From: Saccostrea echinata | Taxonomy: Eukaryota | Direction: 5' to 3' | Assembly: GCF_033153115.1 (NCBI RefSeq) | Contig: NW_026889751.1 | Coordinates: 28,024,001-28,088,000, forward strand | Length of the DNA: 64,000 bases | Shown: in pieces, positions 39,701 through 51,548 of the stretch | How the letters are laid out: each line of letters starts with the position of its first letter | How positions within the stretch are numbered: the first letter of the stretch is position 1 | Notes under the pieces: model-generated | Database searches by the model: none | Told to the model about the DNA's origin: nothing | The model's input: only the letters and a program-made list of their open reading frames with translations | Translations under genes and position numbers: made by a program

Positions 39701-42030
39701 TTCGTTTCATAGAGTTTTCATGATATTTATTTTTTATAATACAACTCAAAACATTTATTTTATAAAAATATATGGTTTAAATAATACGTAACAAATCTAC
39801 CATGCATTGTAGTCCAAACCTACTAGGAAATATGAGTCTTGACACATCGTACGACATCCCGGCAGATGAGCTCGGAGTCTGTTGGTCAGGGACGTCTTCC
39901 CACTATTTGTTACCCTGTAAAAGGAGGCATGGTCACTAATTGTGAAAAATTATTATAAATAACTCTTATTTGTGATTTTTGTCCACTCGTTATCCTGTAA
40001 AGGAAGTTGTGTTCACAGACTATGAATAATTATGAAATATGGAGATGCTCATAAGTCCATTCAAACTATACGAATCAGGAGAAGATCAAAAACGGATCTC
40101 AAAAAATCATCAGAGGTGGGGTCAGGGACCATGGGGAGTTAGCATCCCCTATCGACCGTTCACACCCGCTGTTTGCTCCTTGTCATGATCTGGTAAACGA
40201 AAAAATCCGTGTAAATAATGGCCTAACAATAAGTATGAAAAAAGTCAGTCAGCTTTAATATTTGACCTAATGATAGATGTATTTGTTAATAAGGTCATTG
40301 ATTCGACCATAGAACTTGCGAAATGATGACTTCAAACGAGACTGTTGATATCGTTGTTTCATCAACTTATTGGTTAATAGCTTGCCTCGTTTTAAAAATT
40401 GATCGTACAATGAGCATGCTCTTGCGTATCGAATCAACTGGGAGACATAAACCCCATATGCAGGTGATAAAAGTTTATTGCTACATAAGTAAGGGAAGTT
40501 GACAATAGGAAAGTTGAATTCATCACGTTTATCAAAAAAATCGTTATTGGTTTACTATTAACGTCCAAGTAAAATTCTAGTAAAATATCCAAATATAAAA
40601 CAGATGTGTCAGACTCTGTGATGTCTTTTATTTCAAGTTCACTGGGATATATTGAATTTACATTTTTAATTAAAAAATAATCGAAGAGCTAAAAAAGGCA
40701 GTGCCAAAGACTTGAGCCAAATACTTCGAAGGATCAGAGCTATGCATGAGGGAGATAATCCTTTATTTTTGAAATTTCTGAATTTTAGCAATTAAATATA
40801 TATCCGTATTTTCAAACTACATGTAGTACCGAAGTATTTATATGGATGGAAGTAACAATTAATTCTTAATTGGTAATGAGTCGTCGATATATATCTAAAT
40901 GTCGAGTTGAAGGCCACAGCGAGCGTTTTCTTCCTCTCATGATATACAATATATAACTATTATTTATGAAGGCTTTTTTTTATCGCTAATGGAAAATGCA
41001 TTTCAAATTTTCTTTTAAGGTACAATGAACAAACCAACATTATAGAGAAAAGGATCAGAAAAACTAAATAAATTGAATATGAAAAGATGATACATAAAGT
41101 TACAACATATATTGTCATATCAGTGTTAGCATTTATACACGGCATAGTGTGTATTAAACAAGTGTATGTTGTCTGAAACATTTCTATGACGTATTCAATG
41201 AAAAGAAAACAATTAAATATAAGTATATGCTTTTTGACATAGAGTCATGTAATGAATTTTTTCCGGGCATTAAAAAACTGAATACTGTATTTACAGCACT
41301 ATTATTGTCGACCTTTAATTTTGAATAAAAGCACATACTAATACTAGGATTCTCATAAACAAGATGTTGTTGTATTGAATGAACTTAAGAGATTCATTAA
41401 TTCAAAAGCTCTGCTAAACATAAAATTTATTTATTTAGTTTGAAATTACTATAATTTTTAAAGCCAAAATTATCTATATGTATATGATTATATAGATGTT
41501 AAAATACTACTTGTTCCAATCAGTTATGACTACAAGATACAGAAATATTAATTAAAGAATTGAAAACAGGTATCTAAATTATGTCACTAACAATAGAACA
41601 ATGAGGTTGACAAAAGGGACATGTAACAAAATTTGAAAAAATTGGCTAAAAATAAATCTTAGTGATTTTTAAAATTTCTTTTCAAGTTCATTTGCAATGA
41701 AACATAATACAATGTGTAATGTTTTCTAGAACATATTAACAATTGAATTTGATTACTTCTGACAAAAATGTCATGATAATAATACACATTTTTAACAGAT
41801 AATTACATAAATATGAATTTTATCACTTCTGACGTCAAAAAATACCATGATAATAAACATTCTCAACAGATAAGTACATTTAACACTTGTGTTCCCTTTA
41901 ACTTTATTGTGAAATACCCTCTTAATTTACTGGTTACTGGTTATATGTATGTTACACCACCAGTTTACATTGTACCTGACATTAAAACTCACCCAGATAT
42001 CCCAACGATAACAGGTGCCCTTCCGGTCAT
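36729..42030 (-). CDS. NMRK1: Nicotinamide riboside kinase (NRK/NMRK), 7 coding exons, 200 aa, open frame
   Basis: Exons (- strand) 42030-41993, 39914-39824, 38573-38516, 38303-38156, 37736-37665, 37314-37211, 36820-36729; all GT-AG with matching phases, 603 nt in total. Protein MTGRAPVIVGISGVTNSGKTSLTNRLRAHLPGCRTMCQDSYFLSPSDSRLTPIPELNNYNFEELNALNMEAMVADVQSWK...VLIIEGFRMYALRELEQLFMKKYFFTIPYEVCRVRRRRRQYFPPDAPGYFEKIVWPEF...EYLGVGDQEKLCLKIVCDIKRLCNDKSNCV*. It matches NMRK1 motifs GISGVTNSGKT, QD, LIIEGF, TIPYE.C..RR and PPD.PGYF..VWP. AATAAA at 36650-36645. Confidence 0.93.
37450..37660 (+). repeat. About 40-bp intronic minisatellite, about 5 copies
   Basis: TTTGATAGTTTTTATAAGTAATATATGTCCATTGCTTTAGA units filling much of NMRK intron 5. 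Confidence 0.85.
39090..39610 (+). mobile_element. Degenerate Helentron/HINE-type internal repeats in NMRK intron 2
   Basis: CCATCCTACCCC..GGTCATGATATGAACAA..AATCTA units similar to 61395-61620. Confidence 0.55.
40050..40620 (-). mobile_element. Penelope-like retroelement 3' fragment (RT thumb and 3' UTR) in NMRK intron 1
   Basis: Homologous to 56548-57160; encodes degenerate NFPYL.SN..LSPAYGVY.SQLIRYARAC. Confidence 0.75.
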
Positions 42031-42033
42031 GCT

Positions 42034-42258
42034 TCACTTATCTTTCTCCGTCTCTTCGCTCTCTTCCTCCCAACCTTCGTCATCCACCGGTTCAACCTGA
42101 GGAAGTTCTGGCGACGGGCCTGGTCCGTTTATCCGGTCGAGAAATTCGCCCAGTAAGCTCTTATTTAAATGGTCAGTCTGTGTTATTTCCCTTTCCTCCA
42201 CTTCTTCATTTGCTGGTTGACCGTCTGTTGCTTCATTGCTTAATTAATGTCGCTCCAT
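42034..42258 (-). other. Upstream ORF in frame with NMRK, encoding a small acidic protein with a TQTDHLNKSLLGEFL motif; internal TAA at codon 5
   Basis: MERH*LSNEATDGQPANEEVEEREITQTDHLNKSLLGEFLDRINGPGPSPELPQVEPVDDEGWEEESEETEKDK*, then S-M(NMRK). GC-richer than flanks; no intron separates it from the NMRK ATG. Confidence 0.7.
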
Positions 42259-43270
42259 GTAATTGATTTTGCACGTCTTTAAAAATCTCAGAAAAGTATC
42301 CAGAACCTCTTAGAAAAAAAATGTCACAAACTTACTGTACGAATAGAAAATTGTATCGTTGTTGGATAAATATAATCTTATCTAATGTATTACATCAATT
42401 CTTCTCACAGCAGTAAAATATGAGAAATGTTGTATTAAAAGCAGTTACCAGTATAGTGCTAATGAAATGAAAATTTGTAATATCTCATTGTCACGAAAAG
42501 TATAGTGAATTACGTTAAAAAATTCTGTTGTCATGAATCCCTTTAACCTATTATGATTTTCTTATTTAAATTATATAATTCTTTGTTAAAAAAATATATT
42601 GGTTTGTAAGAAAAATATGCATTTTCTGTCTTCTACAAATTCAGAAGATAAATAATTCCAGTATAGTCTATGGAATCCAAAATTTCCACTTTCTTATGAA
42701 CTACGTTATCATATCTGTCTGCCTTGAATACAGCAGCTATATGGAATGCAAATCATTGAATCGAAACTATCAATGAGCTCATTAATTCATAATTAATTTA
42801 TCATAACGATTTCAGAATGCTGTCACTTTTTTTAAAGTGCCAAATAATCATCTTTTTTGTGAAATACAGTGATTTATGTTACATTTGATTCATATTATAT
42901 CTCCAGGGCAGAATTTCATTGTTTGCGATTAATATTTAATAACTTCTTTCATCCATTTTTTTTCATCTGACAAGAGTTGATATAAAGAAACCTACCGAAA
43001 ATATTCTCATCATTATGAGGTATGAAATACAGTGGGCGTTTTTTTTCATGGTCATTGGCACAATTTACTAAAAACTGAATTTGGGCTATAAGGTTTAGGA
43101 GAAATTAGTGAAAAACTGTATAATTCATTATTTTTGACCAAGTCAGTGAGAAGGGTACAGTATGAATATTGGATGTTGAATGAGCTCGAGTGAGTGAGGA
43201 GTACATGGCCGTAGGAACGGGAGGGGGTGCCCCTCCCCCAATAATTTTGCCGATATATAGAATACTATAG

Positions 43271-43416
43271 GAAACATTCTTTGGGACTGTGTACAGATAC
43301 AAGGACAATCTGTTTGTTGTTCAATACCAAAATAATCAGGTCATGAAAATTAAATGTTATTTAAACCAAAACAGATACCATCTCCGATCAACGGTCAAAA
43401 ATAAATCAAGGTAAAT
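43271..43416 (+). pseudogene. 3' end fragment of NHL gene (extended-tail subtype)
   Basis: LGLCTDTRTICLL.. (frameshifted from GLCTDTNDNLFV) ...QVMKIKCYLNQNRYHLRSTVKNKSR*, matching 52264-52400 plus its 3' flank. Confidence 0.85.
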
Positions 43417-43591
43417 TAACTGTATGTCTAAGAGTCAGAAAGAGAAGGGTTGTTGATGCAGGAGAGTCACTGGTTGTGTATTATAAAATCCAACACAGTT
43501 GATAAATGTTGTATTGAAGTCATTGCCAGACCCGAAAGAAATTGTCAATAAAATTAAATTTAAGAGTGCAACACACACACCCTCTCTCTCA

Positions 43592-43650
<59 letters not shown>

Positions 43651-46600
43651 GGTTCACGTATGAGTCTTTGCTATTGGATTTCAGAGCCAAATATAGAGAA
43701 CAGGTCTTGTAATGTTCTCATTACCATGGTATTCCTCTTGACAAACAGCTAGAGAAGATTATTGTTTAATGTCCAATTTCAGTGCATTTCGGTGTCCATT
43801 CATCCTAAGCATATATCTGACTAAGCGAAAATTGCTTTGTTGTAAGTACTATAAAATAAACCATAAAAGTTTGCCAAGATTATAGTGTGTCAAACACCTT
43901 ACATGTCCATATATCCATCTTTTGTCTTACTCAAAGAAGCATATTCAATATGTCAAAGAGCCTTTTCCTTTAAAAAAATAGCAGCAAAATAAGGCAAACT
44001 AAGAACTTAGTTTGGAAGAGAGCGCTATCTTACAATTTTAATAATTTTAATCAGAGGAAAAGTTTAACTAAACTCCGCATTTCTGCATTTAAATATTTTA
44101 ATTAATATTTAAATACTGTAAAGAGGAGATATACCGGCCTTCCCGCTGATTTAAGAGTAGGCTCTTAAATTGATATGCAGGAGGTTAAAGGTGAATATAT
44201 ATATATTTTTTTTTTGGTCCAAAATATAACAATGAAAGGTAACAATTAATGGAAACCTTTTCAAAAATTAATTTTCTCTTTTTAAACACCTGCTTAAAAA
44301 CTATAAGATTTAAATAATGAAAGAAAAGAAGTTACCTGTTTACTTACAGTAAAAGTACAAATTTATAAATACTTGTACATGTATTACTATGCACATGCAT
44401 GTTTTGGGAATTTATTTTTGAAATATAAAAGAACATTCAAATGTTTAAATACATATACATGTATTAACATTTACTATACATTATATTGCATGATTTACTT
44501 TCAACTGATCATGAACATAAGACATAAATAATGTATCTTGGTTATAACTATATACATTGTACAAATATGCATTATTACTGTTTTCCGTTGTAATAATGTT
44601 TAAATTGTAATTTCATTTGTCACAATGCCTTCCGGGGCCTTTGATTGGCCAATAAAATTTTGTGCACATATTCGAAAGGATGTGTTTGATATCCCACCCA
44701 CTTCATTTTACTTCAGAGAGAACTACGTGTTTTTGTGTTATAAGTGCATATTATGTGGTAGAAGAGACTTGATTTTATGTTTCTACTCGAGATCATGTCT
44801 TTACGACTTTGCGTTTAGCGCGCGTGTAGAAAAACAATTCTGAAGCAAGAGAAGAAAGATAACTCTTACAAGTATCATATTTAAGACACTGAGACGATGA
44901 AATATTAGAACATTTCGGTTTCCATGAGAGTGGGCATTATACAAGTTTCTTAACTTCCTTACATAAAGTATAATTTTGTAAATCTGGAAAAGTTCTAAAT
45001 AGATTCCTATCTTACCCTCAGTAATTTACTCTGACATGCATTGGAAAGAAGGTACAGATTACAAAAAAGAAATATCGGCACTACAGTTTCCGACATATTT
45101 CTATGTTAAACTAACCTCTGACTTAAGGATATATTTTTGCTAATTTAACTACATATCAAGAAGGAGCTTGCATATATAATCAAAGTACTGAAAGTACTGA
45201 TACGAGTTGATGGTTGTCCAAGCTTAGCTAATGTATTGCTTTTGTGATGAAAAATTGAAATGTCTGTTTAGAAACAGAAATTTAAATTTTCATTTGATTT
45301 CTTATGAATTTCATGACATGATGTAATGTATTTTAAAATCCATTTAACAAATAATACTTTGTGATATTATAAGAAAAAAAAATTCTTTCTTTTTACAGTA
45401 TAATTATACGATTTATACATTTATTAAGCATTGCTGCCTTATCTTAACAAATGAAATGCACTTGCACAACTATCATAAAGTGTATTAAAACCAGACTTTT
45501 TGACATTCCTTAGTGTGCATGCAGCAAGTATTCCTTTTACATTTGTTATGATCAATTACTAGTATTATACCTTGTATAAAAATGTAGATTTTTAAAACAC
45601 TATTCTGGTCTTCCAGTTTGAAGTGTAGTAAGCCAATAAAGAGTATACGAGAATGAATTTTTAGAAAGTCATTGTCAAATTTTTTTTTGTCCGTAAATAT
45701 TTCATAATTGACACAAGTATTTCAAATATACATGTAGAAAGCAAAAACAAAAATGTAATCTTAATACAAGAAGTTTTATACAGCATCCAGATTTCAGATT
45801 TACAAATAAATGCTACACTTATGAAAGTAATGATACAATCATGAAACACAGGGTCAAACTAATGTAATCAACACAACTGTTGCAGATTTTAAAGTCCTGT
45901 AACATTGACACATTATGAGAGTCATTTTCTTGCAAAAGAAGATATTCAATTAATTTTTACCAAAGAATATTTATATAAGGGAAAAGTCCTTATTTTAAAG
46001 ATGGACATTCTTCACTTCACATTTGAAATCAAGGGGTGGTTGTCCTCCAACATACAAAACACTGACAGCTGAATTCTTCAATACATCTATGTTTGAAATT
46101 CCAGTACTTCAGCAAAAGGTTTATACATATCTTCCCAGGCACAAAGCAATGACCATCTCTTTTGCACTGTCATTTGTGGTTTATGCTTCTACAAAAGTAA
46201 AATCAAGGGTCTGAGAGGCACATAGCATTGTATATATTTACATATAGTAAATATTTGATTGAATTTAATTTTCTCAATTTCCAGGATTTTTGGAATTCCC
46301 TCTTGTTTAGAAATTTCAGAAATGTTTCTATTTTTCTATGCTTTACTCACATTTAAAAACTAGACAAAATACAATTATTTAGCTCATAAAATAAATTCTC
46401 AATTTCTCAGCCAATTTCTGGACAAAACTTGTCAACATTTAATTGTCGGCAATTTTTTAACAAAGCCTCTTTTTTTCAAGTAAGCATTTTGCATTGACAA
46501 ATATTAATTAATTTACTTTAAAATGTATACAAAGTTTCTACTCATTTTAAATCATTTGTTACCAGAAGATTATGTATGCATAAAATAATTGTTTTACCCA

Positions 46601-48239
46601 AATGAACCAAACACTTTAAATTTGTTACTAATTCTAAGAGAAAATTGAGTTATTCCCCTTTTAAATATGATGCTAACATTTAATACTGTGGTATAGACTC
46701 TGTGGCAGTGCCTCTTCGTGTGTTAGGGATAAGATTAATTAATGTAAATATGGTGCTATTCAGAAAATAAATAAAAAAATGTTTCTTTTTCAGTATATAC
46801 TTTGTTGTCTTAAATTATTTTCAAACAATGTTCTCCAAAGTAAAAAGACGATAACTTGAAACTGCAAGTATCTTTTTTATGAGATTTACATTAATGGTTT
46901 ATTATGTTCGAGAATCTTATGTCTTGTGATTTATGTACATCTGTATATACAGCAGATCGAATTGTTTCAAAATTAATTGATCAATAATACAGATTCAAAG
47001 AGTGCGCAAGTTTCAGTTGTACAACATAATTATTTAATGACGTACACAATTTATTGGAAGATTACTACGGCTAATTTGTAAACAGAGCTGACTTTGCTCA
47101 GTGTAGTTCTTATCAGCTACACTGACAGTGATGGAGATAAGTTTCGCCTATTTTACCAGGTCAACCCCAGCCTTAATACATGTAGTAAGAGTCGTGCTCT
47201 TTAAATAAACAAATAGCTTTTTGAATTAATAGACTCTGCATCGTCTTGAAGAGAAAATTTTGTACAAAGCCGAGCCATTAGCAGTGAGGAGAAGATGGCG
47301 CTATTATTAACATGCAACATGTGTACTCGATCAGTATGACCATCGATAAACTCACAGACTTAGCTTAATTATCTATCAGAATTACATATAACTATGCATA
47401 AATGTAATTACCTTGATGTGTCTCCTTTATCTCCCCTAGTATGTTTCTAGTCTTTTTCTTTTGAAGTAACGCTGCCGAATTTTCGTGCCAATGTGAATTC
47501 ATTAAACAGCGTGGTGCGTAGGAAGATGAAAAGTAGCTCAGTCTATTTGAAGATTCTAACAGTGTTTAATCTCAAACCTTTTTCTTCAGCATTCTTAAGT
47601 GATTCATCTAATAAATCATATGTTTGAAAAAAATGAAATTAAAAAAAATTGACTCCGCACATACATGTATGCATATACAGGAATATGAGAAGTGACGAAA
47701 TACACTTTTGTTTCTTCAGCGGTTTAAAGTGCACTATATTTTTTGTCGGACCGACACAATAAAGAAATTCGATAAAAATATTATGTATACCTAATATGAA
47801 TTTGCTTTTTGAAAAGTATAATGTGTAGAAAAAATATGTTCGTTTTCATTTATGTTGAATTTTTCAAACTCAAAGATAAATTATTGTAGAAGAAACTAAA
47901 TAAATGAGCTGTGTTGTTTGGTTGCAATGAAGGAAAACCTGAGTAAGAGCGCAACTGAGTTGATGTTCCATCAACTCGTAAAAATTGTTTTTAAATTTTG
48001 CTCAATAAACGTTACATCAACACCCACACCCACCTTCCCAGCTTTTAAAAGTACTTGCATGTACTCTACTAGCATTATAATTTTGATTTACAAATAAAAG
48101 AAAACGTTTTCATTTTATGTACAAGTATTTTTTTTTTCTTTTTCTTAATCCTAGTTGCTTGTAGTGTTTAATCCGATAACCATCTTTTACCGTTAGGACA
48201 TAAAAATTAATTTAACAAAGAATTTAATCTAAAAGTAGA

Positions 48240-48835
48240 TAATTTATTGTATACACAAATCCATTTAAAAATGTAAAAACAATTAATCACAATTACTCCT
48301 ATATCATTAAATATTCGTTTGATAATAAACACATTTACTTCTATCATTACATTGTCGTTTGATACAAATATTTTTTAACACAGTTCTTCTTGATCACCTT
48401 TTACAATAAGAAACTCTAAAAATTAAATATGGTATTTCAGGAATTTGATTATTTTGTACAAAATTTTCATCTTAAAGTTTGAAAGAAGAATAAATGGACT
48501 TAATTGAGAAATGATTAATATAAAATAAACTTTAAATTAAACAGAAATGCCTTTTTTTCTATGGAGAAATAATTCAATTAATTGCTAATTAGACTTCTGG
48601 TAAATAAATAACAACTGAAATCATTCAGGTTCATCTGAGTTATTTATGAAAAAGACAGAGAAATAGATTATGAAACTTTACAATTGTATATTATTATTTA
48701 TGCAAGTACTTGATTTTGGTATTTTAGGAAAATCTTCTCTTTTTTTTTAATTTTTCATCTCCATCTGGTTATAAGTTGAAAGAAAAAAAGAATTGGAAAA
48801 AGAAATTTCTTCATCAAGGTCAGCTCCAAATTCAT
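48240..48835 (-). pseudogene. Heavily decayed NMRK duplicate (3' UTR, exon 7-like and exon 5-like remnants)
   Basis: 48240-48440 aligns to 36660-36850; 48755-48835 aligns to exon 5 (37665-37736). Confidence 0.65.
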
Positions 48836-48904
48836 GTGAGAAAAGAAAAAAAAATTCACACAAATATTCAAAACAATGGAAATCAATTTCTTTGAATTAT
48901 GACA

Positions 48905-49535
48905 CGTGTTATCGTGGGGAATGGTTGTATACAGAGTTGAAAAGACGTAGTTTTTATGTTATTGATTTTTGCAAAATTTTGTGATTTCAAATTTTCCAAA
49001 AGTTCCTTGGAATTTTTATGTATCCACATCTGATTTACACCACTTCTCGAATATATTGTTGAACAGTACTGCTGAAGTTTCTCCTTCACTGCTGTTAATA
49101 TTTTAGCGAAGAGTGGTAGAACATTTACTGGAAACCGCTATGTATCTTTGTTTGTAAGGTTTTTATGAAGTTTCGGAATCCAATATAAATATGGAAATTC
49201 AATTTCATTTTGGTTTTTGGGAATATTAAAAATATTCAAAACTGATATGTAATTTTGAAGAATTTCCTCCTAAGAAAGGGAGCTATGGGTATAAGTTTGA
49301 TTACCACTTGTAGAATTAAATCCCAGTTCCTCTAAAATACAATTTATATAATGAGCCTTACAAACAAAGACAATGTTGTTACCTGCTTCGTCAGCTGGGA
49401 CCAGTACATACTGATCGTGTAGTCTATCTAATTCTTTTTTCACTTCTGAATTATTGAACACAGAAGGAAAGATGGTTCTCATATTGCCCCTCAATCGCTT
49501 AATGCGAGATTTTAACATACATCTGATACATTCTA
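48905..49535 (-). mobile_element. Penelope-like retroelement RT N-terminal fragment
   Basis: YVLVPADEAGNNIVFVCK, LYWIPKLHK, SRSGVNQMWI.KNSKELL motifs; stops and frameshifts. Confidence 0.85.
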
Positions 49536-50889
49536 GATCATATAAATAAATGAGCCTTTATTCTAGATCACATTCTCTTCTTAAATTGTAGCAACCCCTT
49601 CGCCACAGAAAAAAAGAAAAAGGGGTATTTTTCAAATTAAAACGAGAATCTTGGAATTTAGATAGGGAGGGGAAACTCAAGACTTTAAGGTTGGTCCATA
49701 CTTTTACGAATCTGGTTGTAATTTTATACAGCAATTGTAAAATTCTGGTTATCACTTGTCTATCGAAATGATTTTCTTAGATGGTACTTAACAATACAGC
49801 AAGTATGTAATTGTTTATTATTGTGTCACTGTGCATACAAGACATTTAATATACATTATTTATGGAAATTAAGACTTGGTACTCTGTCCAATGGGTCTAT
49901 AAGTCATTGTATACACACACAGAGACTTCAAAATCTTAATTGCCTGTATGGATTAAAATATTAAGTATTTTTCATAAAAAATTGACTCGAGATCTATTTT
50001 TATTAATTTTAAGACTGTTCCACATTTTTATATTTACTTTTTTTCAAATTTTGCAAAGAATAGATGTAAAACTTGCTATCCCTAAAATTGGGTATCCATG
50101 TTCAAAAGACTGTTTTGTAAATTTTATGTGGTCAATCACGATAAAATTTGTGTTTTTGTTAATATAAGATATAATTCTAAATAATTTTAAGGTAAAAATG
50201 GCATGTAGTTAGTTTAGATTTTGAGAATTATTCAAAATTTAGGTATTTTGAGATTTTTTTAAACTCTGAAGGACATGGACAGATTCAACATCAATTTGTT
50301 AATCTTTTCCATTTAAAATCTTCAAGAATTGACTTAGCATATGAACATTTTTGATTTTAATAAGTTTTAAACTAAATATGATGTGTTTTGATGCATAACT
50401 AAATAAAATATGAAATCATACTTCTCTATGTTAAACTTTGGCTGTTGAATTTTGAAAGGTATGTACTCTGAGAAAGGTTGTATGAAAATAAGCATGCAAA
50501 GGCATGTGTTTTATGAGCTTTTTAGTTAGTTTGTAAGTTATTTGAGATATTTAAGTGAAAGAAATATTAATTTCACAGAAATTTTTGAAAGCCCGGACCT
50601 ACTTTAATTGTAATTTTTTTTTTTAATCTTTAGGCACTTAAGAAACTTGTAGTACATAGGCGTGATACGTTATTCAAGAGTGTATGTAAATATATGAAGT
50701 ATGTTGCACAGTAAATTTTTTGAATCCATATTCTACAAGAAAAAAGCGGACAGTTGGAGGTGCCTAATCGCCATACACCGTATATCACTTGTCTGGTTTT
50801 ATGACGTGCAGTTGATGAATTCTTTCTTCAGAGTTTTTTTGGCAGATGTTTTCCTCATTTATTTATACTTTGAATTTCTAAGTAATATA

Positions 50890-50969
50890 TAGCACTGGTT
50901 CTCTGCCCTTGATTCCAGTCGCTACCGCTAGGAATTGCGCCCGTTAACCAATGTCAGGGTACCAGTCTA
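50890..50969. mobile_element. 80-bp TAG...CTA hairpin element with 9-bp TSD (Academ/AcademH-like)
   Basis: AGTAATATA-TAGCACTGGTTCTCTG...CAGGGTACCAGTCTA-AGTAATATA. Confidence 0.55.
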
Positions 50970-50978
50970 AGTAATATA

Positions 50979-51260
50979 GAACAGAACAGAACAGAACAGA
51001 ACATTTATTTTCTAATTTAGAGCCCATAACAGACAAGTATGAAATTATTACAATAATAAAGAAAAGATATGCCAATGGATAGTATAACAACTTGTAAATG
51101 ACATTACTCATTTCAACAATAATATTGTACTATTTCAGTTAAAGGGAATACTATATATAAAACTGTATGACTACTACAACATGTTATCATTTATGAATTT
51201 GCCCACAGAATTAAGAGTTTCTTTGTCTTCAGTATTGAGTAACCAAAAAAGTTTTTTTAT
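50979..51260 (-). mobile_element. LINE 3' end (CR1/L2-like) with (GTTCT)n tail
   Basis: (AGAAC)n at 50979-51003; reverse AATAAA just inside; FWLLNTEDKETLNSVGKFI-like terminus. Confidence 0.45.
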
Positions 51261-51548
51261 ATGTATTTTCTTTATATTTCTTTATTTTTTATATATGTAT
51301 TATTTTTATATGTATAATGTAGATCACGTGACTCGATTGTGTATATTTTTATTTTGATGAAGGAGGCCCATTTCTGTATGAAACTACCGGTAGGTATTTT
51401 ATTTTACAAATTTAGTACTGATCTCAATGAATTGAAGCAAAAAGATATTTTCACTTGATTTAAACAGCCTTATGATTTTTATAACGAATGAAATAATTGT
51501 GTGCAGGCACAATTGTTCTTCAAAAATAGGAAAAAACGTCATTTTTTA

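Noticed and set aside
41813-42266. + strand ORFs 41813-42100 and 42015-42266
   Set aside because: Antisense shadows of the NMRK first exon and its upstream ORF.
45990-47610. Exon-like - strand blocks at about 46000-46190 and 47411-47608
   Set aside because: Stops in plausible frames and no recognisable family.
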